From: an uncultured Verrucomicrobiota bacterium
GTDB taxonomy: Bacteria > Verrucomicrobiota > Verrucomicrobiia > Verrucomicrobiales > DEV007
Assembly: GCA_902589825.1 (NCBI GenBank)
Contig: CACIUL010000010.1
Location: 116 to 64,115, forward strand
DNA length: 64,000 bases
Direction of reading: 5' to 3'
The translations under genes and the position numbers were made by a program. Position 1 is the stretch's first letter; each line of letters begins with the position of its first letter. Below the pieces are notes generated by a model. The model was given only the letters and a program-made list of their open reading frames with translations. It ran no database searches and was not told where the DNA came from. This document shows positions 1 to 8,814 of this stretch, one piece after another.

Positions 1-879
1 TGCCACAGAACGCTCCAGTGTCCTGAAACTTGGTTTTTGTCCCGAGGTAAGGTTCCCCAGGAAATACCTTGCCGGCTCATAATGGGTTTCCGCCGTGTAG
101 GGCTCCAGGAAGCTGTCAGCTGTCAGGTCCTCACGGACAAAGAAAGCATTTGCACCACTCAGGGAACACCCGACAAGGCAGTAACCCTTCTTGCTGAATC
201 CCTCCTCAAGGAACTTCAGTGAGGCACCGAAATTATCATCCCCGGACCATTTGTGGCCTTCATCATAGCTCATGCAGTATTGCATCGGCGGGGGGAACTT
301 CGCGTTATACTCGATAACGACAACCCTGGGATTGATGCAGGTAATCGATTCGAAGACATGAAAATCATTGCCATCAATATCTATTGCCAACAGGTCAATT
401 TCCTTTTCCCCAAGGGCCGTGGATATAAGCCCGTTAATGTTTTCCCTTGTCACGAAGTTATTGGACACCTGCAGTCGGCCACATCCTATCGTATTTTTCA
501 GCCCGTCCCTGATCCGGTCCGCCAACCGTTCCGAACCCTCTATCCACAGGCCTCGCCAGCCATCAAAGAGTAATGCCAGTGTATTGTTCTCAAGGCCGTC
601 ACCGACCCCAAACTCGACGAATGTTTTATTGGTCAGGCCAATCCTGCGGAAAATCTCACGGATAATACCGTCCTCATCACATTGGGAATACACCTTGTGT
701 CCTGATAAGATGAGGCATTTCTCATCCTGATAGCGCGTTCGGTTCCTGAGCCTTTCAAGGGACATGTGAACCGCGTTCGGGTCAGCAGTGCGAGGAGGAG
801 AAAGGATGCTGAAAAACGACCGGAATCCCGCGACCAGGGTCTTGACAGGTGTCTTGAAATAGCTGGATAGCCTCAACAT
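1..879 (-). CDS. SAM-dependent methyltransferase-like protein (FkbM/Methyltransf_21-like), C-terminus outside window
   Basis: Hand-translated minus-strand frame with ATG at 879-877 stays open to base 1 (293 codons, no stop). It reads MLRLSSYFK...FVEFGVGDGLENNTLALLFDGWRGLWIEGSE...IDLLAIDIDGNDFHVFE...SGANAFFVRED. It is missing from the ORF track because it has no in-window stop. The plus-strand ORFs 253-573 and 368-730 are its antisense shadows. Confidence 0.5.
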   Translation of the reverse strand, partial: MLRLSSYFKTPVKTLVAGFRSFFSILSPPRTADPNAVHMSLERLRNRTRYQDEKCLILSGHKVYSQCDEDGIIREIFRRIGLTNKTFVEFGVGDGLENNTLALLFDGWRGLWIEGSERLADRIRDGLKNTIGCGRLQVSNNFVTRENINGLISTALGEKEIDLLAIDIDGNDFHVFESITCINPRVVVIEYNAKFPPPMQYCMSYDEGHKWSGDDNFGASLKFLEEGFSKKGYCLVGCSLSGANAFFVREDLTADSFLEPYTAETHYEPARYFLGNLTSGQKPSFRTLERSVA

Positions 880-974
880 GGCGGGGTGATACAGCAGGGC
901 TTGCTCTTATCCTCGGATGGTTTCTGATCCCTGCAACATCTTGTCAATCCAGCCCGGTTACTCCAACCTGGTCA

Positions 975-2072
975 TTAGCGAAGGCCAAGGCCAAGGTTTT
1001 TCCTGCAATAGAAAATACTCTTGGCAATCTCATTCTTCTGGTAAGCCTGATTGGCTTCCTCCTTGCTAATCCCTGCAGGAGCAGACCAGGCCTTGCGAGG
1101 CTTGCCCTTCTTGGCAAGGGCAAGGAACTTGTCATAGCCCTTGGGCTTACCATCAGGCCATGCTTTCCAGAACGCCTTGTCCCGGGTCTTCAGCTCACGG
1201 TTAAAGCCGGAAATGGTCTCAATGTTCACGGCTGTTCCCGGGCACAACTTGGCATAGAGCTCAAAGTATGTCTTCAGGTCAGTATTTCCCTCACCCATCG
1301 CAGTCCACTGGGCGGTAACTCCATTCTCACTCTCCCACACTGCAGTATCACGCAGGCTGGTTGTAAGGGCATACTTGCCGAGGTTCCTGAGGTTTTCCAC
1401 GGGATCCTCAAGTGTCCAGACAGCATTTCCGGAATCCATGTTGGCTCCGACAAAGTCGCTGCCCGCCTCCTCGATCAACTCGACAAGTTCCGTTGAGTGC
1501 ATGTCACCGGCGTGATTTTCCATCGCAATCTTTACCCCATGGTCCACACAATAGGCCTTGTTCTCCTTGAGCACTGCAACGGTATCGGCAATGCGGGCCT
1601 TAATGCCGCCCTCGCTCAGGCGGTCAGTGCGATCGCCCAGGATCACCCGGAAAGCCGGCGAACCAAGGGCCTTGGACATGCGAACGCCCAGCTGGAGGTG
1701 CTCAGAGGCACTTCCCCAATCCTTCTTGAAACGATTGGCTGTAGGACAGATCGACCATGATCCCAGCAGGATCTTGACACCCTTGTCAGAAGCCATTTTC
1801 GCCAGGTCAACAAGGTAGGCATTGTCATCTAGCTTCTCCAGAGGCCCGAAATCCGTAATGAAAAGGGTGTCGCATTTAAGGGAAGCAGCGTAATCAACTA
1901 ATTGCGAAGCCTTCCATTTCATTGCCCGGACCGCAAAGTTGTCATAGCCGAGGGAAATCTTGGTCTTCGCGGCTGCCTGAACACCTCCGGTCACGGCAAG
2001 GCCGGAAACGATACCGCCAGCTGCCGCCGAAGTTGCCTGCAAAAAAGATCTGCGATGAATTGTTTCTTTCAT
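975..2072 (-). CDS. Tat-exported sugar phosphate isomerase/epimerase family protein (xylose isomerase-like TIM barrel)
   Basis: 365 aa with a twin-arginine signal (HRRSFLQATSAAAGG). Barrel-type motifs KIAMENHAGD and VGANMDSGN are present. Confidence 0.7.
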   Translation of the reverse strand: MKETIHRRSFLQATSAAAGGIVSGLAVTGGVQAAAKTKISLGYDNFAVRAMKWKASQLVDYAASLKCDTLFITDFGPLEKLDDNAYLVDLAKMASDKGVKILLGSWSICPTANRFKKDWGSASEHLQLGVRMSKALGSPAFRVILGDRTDRLSEGGIKARIADTVAVLKENKAYCVDHGVKIAMENHAGDMHSTELVELIEEAGSDFVGANMDSGNAVWTLEDPVENLRNLGKYALTTSLRDTAVWESENGVTAQWTAMGEGNTDLKTYFELYAKLCPGTAVNIETISGFNRELKTRDKAFWKAWPDGKPKGYDKFLALAKKGKPRKAWSAPAGISKEEANQAYQKNEIAKSIFYCRKNLGLGLR

Positions 2073-2234
2073 ATTTCACAGGCTAAAGCGCAATAACCCA
2101 GTGACGCAAGTCCGCAGAAAAAATTCATTTTCCGGTCATCCCCTCCTTTTTGTGCCGAAAACAAGCGCATAGGCCGCAGCTTAATATCCCGAAGAAACTT
2201 GTCATAGAAAACCCTGTTCCCTACATTTGGCCAA

Positions 2235-4556
2235 ATGATTGTCCGCATTCCGCTTATCCTCAGCGTGACGTTTCTCGCGAGTGCCCCAGCACAGATGATG
2301 CAGGAATATGTGCTCGATGACGGAAAAAGCCTGCGAAGTTACACGGTAGCCTGCGATGAATTGCATTGCCGGCCGGTGAAAGGCACGGATCACCCCCTCA
2401 AAATCCTGGCACTGGAAAATACGAATGAGACTGCTGCCTATGCTGCCGCCCAGGAAGCCGGGAAGGCAGCACGCTTTGACCTCGTGCTATACGAGACCGG
2501 AAAACCGCGCACGGCACGTTTCAGGAAAAGCCTCAGCCGGCGCATTCTTATCACAATGGACGGCACGGTCCCTGCCTTTGTCATTGCAAAGATGGCAGGG
2601 GCCTGCGGTTTTAAGGTACCACACTTCAGCAACCGCCACGTGATCTTATCATTCACCCGACCGGGAGACTCATTACGCAGGCTTAAAGATACCGCCAAGA
2701 TGCCGGGCATCGCCGCAGTCCGCCCCCTGATGGGAAATCGCAAGGCAAAACGCTTCACGCCTAATGACCCCCGCTTTTCATGGAGCTCCTCAAATTCCGG
2801 TTACCAGTGGCATCTTAAAAACACCGGGCAAAACGGCAGCATCACAGGCCACGACATCAATGTCACATCCGTATGGGACAGCTACCTCGGCACCGGTGTA
2901 ACCATAGGCATTGTCGATGACGGTGTTGAAGTTGCTCATCCCGACCTAGCCGCCAACATGAATACTGATATCGATCATGACTGGAACGATAACTCCCCTG
3001 ATGACCCGACACCAAGGAGAAGCTCTGATGATCATGGCACCTCATGCGCCGGTGTGGCCGCTGCGCGTGGAGACAATGGCATCGGGATTTCAGGCGCGGC
3101 TCCCAGGGCAAGCCTAGTGGGCCTGCGCCTTATCGCCGGGGATACCTCGGCTGCGGAAGATGCCGAGGCTCTCACATGGGCAACCGGTATCATTGACATC
3201 AGCAGCAACAGTTGGGGGGAATTTGACAGTGGTGATGATCTCTACCTACTGGACCCGCTTGTGGCCGCGGCATTTGTCAACGGGACCCAAACAGGGCGGG
3301 AAGGTCGTGGTACCGTCTATGTGTGGGCTGCGGGTAATGGTCGTGACCAAGGAGATTATTCAAATTATGAGGGCTACAATAATGCCCCGGAAACCATTTC
3401 GGTGGGAGCCGTAGACTACAGCAGGCAACAAGCTTTCTACTCAGAATCAGGTGCCAACGTGCTGGTTTGTGCGCCTTCAGACGGGGACTTGGGAGACCCG
3501 TCAATCACGACAACAACTGTTGTGGCCAATGGAGGTTACACGGATGAATTCGGTGGCACTTCCTCAGCCACCCCCCTGGTGGCAGGAGTGGTTGCCCTCA
3601 TGCTGGAAGCCAACCCGGATCTCGGATGGCGTGATGTGCAGGAAATACTGGTCCGCAGCTCCCAAAGGATTAATATCGACACTGATCCCGGTTGGACAAC
3701 AAACGGGGCCGGCTTTGCTTTTCATCACGGTTTCGGTGCCGGCATGGTTGATGCAGCCGCCGCAGTATCGCTGGCGGAAAACTGGCAAAACCTCGGGCCA
3801 AGGGAATCCATCTCCCTGACCTCCGGAAACCTGCAGGCCGCGATTCCTGACGATCAACCATCAGGTCTCAATGCGTCCCTTGAGTTCCCTGCCAGCCAGA
3901 TGCGCATCGAGCATGTGCTGCTCACAGTTGACATTAAACACAAATACCGCGGCGACCTCGTCATCAAGCTTACTTCCCCGGACGGCACTGTCAGCAGGTT
4001 TTCCGAGGTGCATGATGATTCCGGCAAGAACATGAATTACACATTCCTGTCTGTTCACCACTGGGGTGAAAACCCAACCGGGGTCTGGACTCTCAATGTA
4101 AGTGATGGGGCCGAGTTCGATGATGGCACCCTGGAGGACTTCAGCATTGAATTGCTGGGCGCCATTCCTGCCAGTGGCTATGAACAATGGCAGCAAGATC
4201 AATTCAGTGCCCAGCAAGTCCAAAACCCTGGAATTTCAGCAGAGAGTGCCGATCCTGATGGTGACGGGAGATCCAACCTGCTTGAATATGCAATCGGGGG
4301 TAACCCCCAGGCCTTTGATCAAACTGGGTCACCAGTACTGATCAGCAACGGAGATGCCCTCAGCCTTCAGTTCGTCGCTGATACCAGCAAAATCGACTTG
4401 GTTTACCAGGCCCAGCTATCAACAGACCTCGTCAACTGGACTGACACGGCAGCAGCGGTAACTGGAACATTTAACTCCCTTGAAATCCGAGAGGCCGCCT
4501 TGCCGGCAAATGCCATTGGCTTTGCTAGGCTTAAAGTAACGCGGACTTCACCCTGA
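2235..4556 (+). CDS. Secreted subtilisin/kexin-like S8 serine protease with proprotein-convertase P-domain and C-terminal DxDGD-LEY...GFARLKV module
   Basis: Signal peptide MIVRIPLILSVTFLASAPAQ. Catalytic triad contexts are IGIVDDGV (Asp), DDHGTSCAGVAAA (His) and GGTSSATPLVAGVVALM (Ser). P-domain-like stretch HKYRGDLVIKLTSPDGTVSRF. Confidence 0.85.
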   Translation: MIVRIPLILSVTFLASAPAQMMQEYVLDDGKSLRSYTVACDELHCRPVKGTDHPLKILALENTNETAAYAAAQEAGKAARFDLVLYETGKPRTARFRKSLSRRILITMDGTVPAFVIAKMAGACGFKVPHFSNRHVILSFTRPGDSLRRLKDTAKMPGIAAVRPLMGNRKAKRFTPNDPRFSWSSSNSGYQWHLKNTGQNGSITGHDINVTSVWDSYLGTGVTIGIVDDGVEVAHPDLAANMNTDIDHDWNDNSPDDPTPRRSSDDHGTSCAGVAAARGDNGIGISGAAPRASLVGLRLIAGDTSAAEDAEALTWATGIIDISSNSWGEFDSGDDLYLLDPLVAAAFVNGTQTGREGRGTVYVWAAGNGRDQGDYSNYEGYNNAPETISVGAVDYSRQQAFYSESGANVLVCAPSDGDLGDPSITTTTVVANGGYTDEFGGTSSATPLVAGVVALMLEANPDLGWRDVQEILVRSSQRINIDTDPGWTTNGAGFAFHHGFGAGMVDAAAAVSLAENWQNLGPRESISLTSGNLQAAIPDDQPSGLNASLEFPASQMRIEHVLLTVDIKHKYRGDLVIKLTSPDGTVSRFSEVHDDSGKNMNYTFLSVHHWGENPTGVWTLNVSDGAEFDDGTLEDFSIELLGAIPASGYEQWQQDQFSAQQVQNPGISAESADPDGDGRSNLLEYAIGGNPQAFDQTGSPVLISNGDALSLQFVADTSKIDLVYQAQLSTDLVNWTDTAAAVTGTFNSLEIREAALPANAIGFARLKVTRTSP

Positions 4557-4587
4557 AAACGGGCAATACCACGCCCCTGATCCCCGT

Positions 4588-5664
4588 TTAGAGAAGTTTT
4601 TCAGGGATGCCCTCGGTAAGGCCCTTGATCTGGTCCGCCTTTTCCCTATGTGCCACCAGCAATGCATCCCCGGTCTGCACAACGATCAGGTCCTCAACTC
4701 CAAGCAGTGCAACATGACTGTCCTTATTTGCACAATAGACAACATTATTGGATGAGCCCAGCGGGAATATCCGGGCATTGCTGCGGTTGCCATCGGTATC
4801 TTCATCCAGGTATCCGGCTACAGAAATCCAGCTTCCGACGTCGTCCCATTTAAAGTCAGCTTCAATGTTCAGTACCCGGCTCGCCTTTTCCATCAACGCA
4901 AAATCGATCGATATTTTTTCCAGATTACAAAATTTCTCTTCGAGTAATGCAGGCAAGTCCTCTGCCGTGCGAACCTCCTCGACAAATTCTGCCAATGCCG
5001 GGACATGTTGGCTGAACTCTGAAATAACTGTCTTCAGAGACCATATAAACATTCCTGAATTCCAGGAAAAGTTGCCCGCATCAAGGAATGTTTGAGCCGT
5101 TTGCGTATCCGGTTTCTCCCGGAAACGGACAACTTCGAAAACCGGGATATCGGTGGTATTTCCGGGAATGTCCACCTCGTGCGCCCTCTCGATATAGCCA
5201 TAACTCGGGCATGGCCAGGTCGGCTTGATTCCCAGTGTCACGACAGCATCAGAATTCTCAGCCACAGTGAAAGCAGCGTTCAACGTATTGGCAAAAGCCA
5301 CTTCATCCTGAATAAGATGGTCGGCAGGCAATACCGCCATGCTTGCATCAGGATCTCGGGAGGCAACCCATCCCACTGCCAGGGCAATAGCGGCGGCCGT
5401 GTCGCGCTTGGCCGGCTCACTCACGATATTCTCCGCAGGTAAATGCCCGGCAATCAATTCACGCACCGCAGCCTCCTGCTCAATATTGGTAAGCACCAGT
5501 ATGTTTTCCTTGGGCAATATGCCCTGAAGGCGGGATAAGGCAGCCTCGAGAAGCGTCTCGTCCCCGAAAAGCCTGAGTAACTGCTTGGGTGCAGCACGGC
5601 GAGATAACGGCCAGAACCTCTCGCCGGAACCACCGGCCAGAATTAACGCATATCGATTGTGCAT
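4588..5664 (-). CDS. manC: Mannose-1-phosphate guanylyltransferase
   Basis: 358 aa with N-terminal nucleotidyltransferase motif ILAGGSGERFWPLSR. The length indicates the guanylyltransferase domain only, with no PMI domain. Confidence 0.8.
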   Translation of the reverse strand: MHNRYALILAGGSGERFWPLSRRAAPKQLLRLFGDETLLEAALSRLQGILPKENILVLTNIEQEAAVRELIAGHLPAENIVSEPAKRDTAAAIALAVGWVASRDPDASMAVLPADHLIQDEVAFANTLNAAFTVAENSDAVVTLGIKPTWPCPSYGYIERAHEVDIPGNTTDIPVFEVVRFREKPDTQTAQTFLDAGNFSWNSGMFIWSLKTVISEFSQHVPALAEFVEEVRTAEDLPALLEEKFCNLEKISIDFALMEKASRVLNIEADFKWDDVGSWISVAGYLDEDTDGNRSNARIFPLGSSNNVVYCANKDSHVALLGVEDLIVVQTGDALLVAHREKADQIKGLTEGIPEKLL

Positions 5665-5702
5665 GAAGTTATCTGGGTAACTGGTTTATAGATTCTCGAA
5701 GA

Positions 5703-6434
5703 TCATGCCCATGAATGTTCCGGCGCCAGTTTTCTAGCCTTTGCCAGGGGCATGGGATCAAGCAGGAAGCGCCTGCTGTAACGGCCCCGGTTGTGGGCAC
5801 GGCAACATGGGTAACAGGCCGAGTCCCGGCTCAATTTCCGCACCCTCGGAACAATGATCCCGCAGTAGCGGCACTGGTAGGCGAACTTCCGCCTCACTGA
5901 CCGCCGCGCCAGCGGAAGGTCATGACATCTTCGCTCTCCCGGGATACCGAGTGCGTTACATGCCTCCCGCCACTCAGGGCCATGTGGCTGGATAACCCGG
6001 CCAGCCGCACGGTGATGGGCAACAATGTGGGCCAACTCATGGCGGAGCGTGCGCCCGGGCTCATCCGGGGGAAACTCGATTAACCGGGTATTGAGGTCAA
6101 TACGTGAGGTGGAATGATGCGCCAAGCCAGCCGTAGTAATGAGACGGGGATTCCAATATACCTGCAGCTGATCAGCTAATGCACCCAGACCAATAGCCTC
6201 GACCAGCTCACGGGCCTGAGCCGTCAGGCCAACGTCGATCTTTAATCCACGCTCCTGGGCTATTTGCTCCCTCTTAACAGGGTTCGGGGGGAGGACAACT
6301 TCAAACAGTCCAAGTAATTCGGCTGGTTTTGCGGGCTTGGATCTCCTTCGGGGTGAACGCGCCTTCTTCACGGGCCGCCTTTGTTCCACAAGGTCCGGCA
6401 GTTCGAAATTGAGTTGTCGATACTCAGGCACCAT
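5703..6434 (-). CDS. SprT-like zinc metalloprotease family protein
   Basis: HELAHIVAHH zincin motif followed by a Cys-rich ribbon (CRYCG...CYPCC). Confidence 0.65.
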   Translation of the reverse strand: MVPEYRQLNFELPDLVEQRRPVKKARSPRRRSKPAKPAELLGLFEVVLPPNPVKREQIAQERGLKIDVGLTAQARELVEAIGLGALADQLQVYWNPRLITTAGLAHHSTSRIDLNTRLIEFPPDEPGRTLRHELAHIVAHHRAAGRVIQPHGPEWREACNALGIPGERRCHDLPLARRSVRRKFAYQCRYCGIIVPRVRKLSRDSACYPCCRAHNRGRYSRRFLLDPMPLAKARKLAPEHSWA

Positions 6435-6440
6435 TAACGC

Positions 6441-7382
6441 TTAGCTACCTTTCTTTTCCCCGGAGTTCCTCCGGTGTGCCGACTTATCCTTGATATCATG
6501 AGTGACTTCGGGAAGTGCCACCAATGAATCCGGCTCGATACTCTTCATGATGAAGGCACTGGCTCCTATGGTACTGCGTGCGCCAATTGTTGTTTCTCCA
6601 CCGAGGATAGTTGCACCGGGATAGATAGTCACCCAGTCCTCGACATTTGGATGACGTTTGATTCCCTTGATCGGGTTTCCCTCTTCATCCTTTGGAAAAC
6701 TGCGCGCGCCGAGGGTCACCCCATGGTAAAGCTTAACATGGTGGCCAATCTCACAGGTTTCACCCACAACCACCCCCGTGCCATGGTCAATGAAGAAGTG
6801 CGATCCGATCTTTGCTCCCGGGTGAATATCAATCCCGGTTTTGGCATGTGCCCATTCCGTCATCATTCGAGGAATCAAAGGCACCCCCTCTTTATAGAGG
6901 ATACGTGCCATTCGCTGAATGGCTATTGCCTCAAGGCACGGATAGGCCAGGATGATCTCATCAAAGCTCCTGGCCGCAGGATCACCATCATAGGCAGCCT
7001 CCACATCAGTTCGTAAAAGCCGCCTGATGCCTGGCAATTGGCGCAGAAAAGAACAGACCATCTCGTGGGCCCGGTTTCCGTTCACATCCTCTTCCCCGGC
7101 CCCAAAACGCAAACTGCGGGCAACCTCCTTGTCGAGGGCGGTGATGACCTTGGAAACCCGCAGGGCAGTCTCCTTCTCCAGCTCTTCGGAAGCAATGGCT
7201 TCGGTGTCGAGGAATCCGGGAAAAGCAAGGCGAAGCAAATCCTCGCAAACAGAACCGATGGCCGGTTTGGACGGCAGGTTCGAGCAATCAATCCGATTGA
7301 TTCCTCCGACTTCCTGATAGGAGCCGAGCAGCTCAGAAACTATTTCGTTTACTTCGCGATCCATGAAGAATGACTGATGCAA
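6441..7382 (-). CDS. cysE: Serine O-acetyltransferase
   Basis: 313 aa. SATase N-domain followed by hexapeptide repeats (GIDIHPGAKIGSHFFIDHGTGVVVGETCEIGHHVKLYHGVTLG). Confidence 0.85.
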   Translation of the reverse strand: MHQSFFMDREVNEIVSELLGSYQEVGGINRIDCSNLPSKPAIGSVCEDLLRLAFPGFLDTEAIASEELEKETALRVSKVITALDKEVARSLRFGAGEEDVNGNRAHEMVCSFLRQLPGIRRLLRTDVEAAYDGDPAARSFDEIILAYPCLEAIAIQRMARILYKEGVPLIPRMMTEWAHAKTGIDIHPGAKIGSHFFIDHGTGVVVGETCEIGHHVKLYHGVTLGARSFPKDEEGNPIKGIKRHPNVEDWVTIYPGATILGGETTIGARSTIGASAFIMKSIEPDSLVALPEVTHDIKDKSAHRRNSGEKKGS

Positions 7383-7540
7383 TGAAGCTGCCGGGAGACT
7401 CCTGCCAAGCAGGATAGTTCATAATTGCTAATATCCAGTAAAAATTTATCATTTGGGCAAGAATTCCACCATTCGAATCTTTTATCAGTGCAATGAATGA
7501 ACAAAAAATACAGATTAGCTCTAAAATGACGCCTCAGGTA

Positions 7541-7572
7541 ACCCGTTGGCGACCGAACCCGTTGGCGACCGA
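7541..7572. repeat. Perfect tandem 16-bp direct repeat in the cysE / lipoprotein divergent intergenic region
   Basis: acccgttggcgaccga occurs twice (7541-7556 and 7557-7572), directly abutting a TTGACA hexamer. Confidence 0.85.
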
Positions 7573-7601
7573 TTGACACATTATCCCATAAGATTTAAAT
7601 A
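7573..7601 (+). promoter_or_regulatory. Candidate sigma-70-type promoter for the 7620 lipoprotein gene
   Basis: TTGACA (7573-7578), a 17-nt spacer, then TAAATA (7596-7601). The ATG at 7620 is 18 nt downstream. Confidence 0.35.
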
Positions 7602-7619
7602 TCCTGACTGATTAATCAC

Positions 7620-8102
7620 ATGAGTCTTTCCAAACTCTTCTGGCTCTTGGCGGGCACCTTGACTTCCCTGATGAGCGTTGCCTGCCAGTCAAACAACCTG
7701 AATCAATCAGGAACCGCCATCACAAATTCCAAGTATTTCCTTCTCGATCCTGCCAAGCAACCGGCCTCAGTCGACCCCATGATCCGATTCGAGCAACGAC
7801 ATTACCTGCACGGGGCAATCACCCGCGAGGAACGCAAGGGGCGCTATGGACACTATTATGTGTTCTGGTGGACGGACAGCGCAAGAACTCCCGCCGTTAT
7901 TCGTCTTGAATACCGCCAGGAAAATACAGGCGTTCAGGTCAAGGTTCAGGAATTTGCCGTCAATGCACCTTATCGCAGGAACAAAAGCCGTTTCCAAGTC
8001 ACGGGAACCGATTACCAGAATGGGGGGCGTGTCACCTCCTGGCGGGTATCTATCATACGCAATGGACGGGTTATTGCCCACGACCAGTCATACCTCTGGT
8101 AA
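7620..8102 (+). CDS. Hypothetical lipoprotein
   Basis: 160 aa with signal peptide and lipobox (LMSVAC|QS). No recognisable domain. Confidence 0.55.
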   Translation: MSLSKLFWLLAGTLTSLMSVACQSNNLNQSGTAITNSKYFLLDPAKQPASVDPMIRFEQRHYLHGAITREERKGRYGHYYVFWWTDSARTPAVIRLEYRQENTGVQVKVQEFAVNAPYRRNKSRFQVTGTDYQNGGRVTSWRVSIIRNGRVIAHDQSYLW

Positions 8103-8218
8103 TCGCGCCCGCCTGCCTTTGCTCACTGCACCAAAAAGAAATCATCTCCTTAAATAAGGATTCCCCTTGCCTATAGGCAGACTCAGCAGTTCTTTGTTTA
8201 CAGGTTTTAATTTCACAC

Positions 8219-8746
8219 GTGAACGCCATTGCGCCTATTTATGTTGGACAATTCCAGGACGGTGTTGTCTGGATCAGAGTCGAAGGTAAAGGCTCATTCC
8301 AGAACAGCCCCGAACTCAAGGAATTCGCCCTGCACATGATCAAGCGCGGTGCGACCAAATTTGTGATCGACCTGGAAAACTGTCCCGTGATGGACTCGAC
8401 CTTCATGGGTACCCTGGTGGGAATCGTAAAGCACCAGGATCCCGACAGGGAATCCAGCTTTGAAATTCTCAACGCCAATGCCCGCAACCTTCAACTCATC
8501 CAAAGCCTTGGCCTTGATCAGTTGCTGACCCTTGATGCAGATGGCAGCAAGTGGCCCGCTATCCGCAATCAAGTGCCTGCACTTATTGAAAACGGGAATC
8601 CACTTGAGCACATTGATCTGGAAAAACGGGAAAATAATGCACATGTTCTGGAAGCCCACCAGCAACTCAGTGCGACCAGCGGTGAGAATACCACACGCTT
8701 CCACGACGTGATCGAATTCCTGAAAAAGGAAATGCAGGGCGACTAG
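8219..8746 (+). CDS. STAS-domain protein (anti-sigma-factor antagonist-like)
   Basis: GTG start, 175 aa. STAS-like core with a candidate phospho-Ser context (VMDSTFMGTL) plus a C-terminal extension of roughly 60 aa. Confidence 0.6.
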   Translation: MNAIAPIYVGQFQDGVVWIRVEGKGSFQNSPELKEFALHMIKRGATKFVIDLENCPVMDSTFMGTLVGIVKHQDPDRESSFEILNANARNLQLIQSLGLDQLLTLDADGSKWPAIRNQVPALIENGNPLEHIDLEKRENNAHVLEAHQQLSATSGENTTRFHDVIEFLKKEMQGD

Positions 8747-8814
8747 CCTTCCTGGGTGGTCATGGCCAAGATGTTTCAAGGAACACCATCATCAGGGGGA
8801 AGGCAGTCGTTGTA

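Noticed and set aside
8294-8779. 161-aa antisense ORF over the STAS gene, plus the similar 10354-10824 over grpE and 21897-22499 over leuS
   Set aside because: These are shadow ORFs opposite well-supported genes and have no recognisable motifs.
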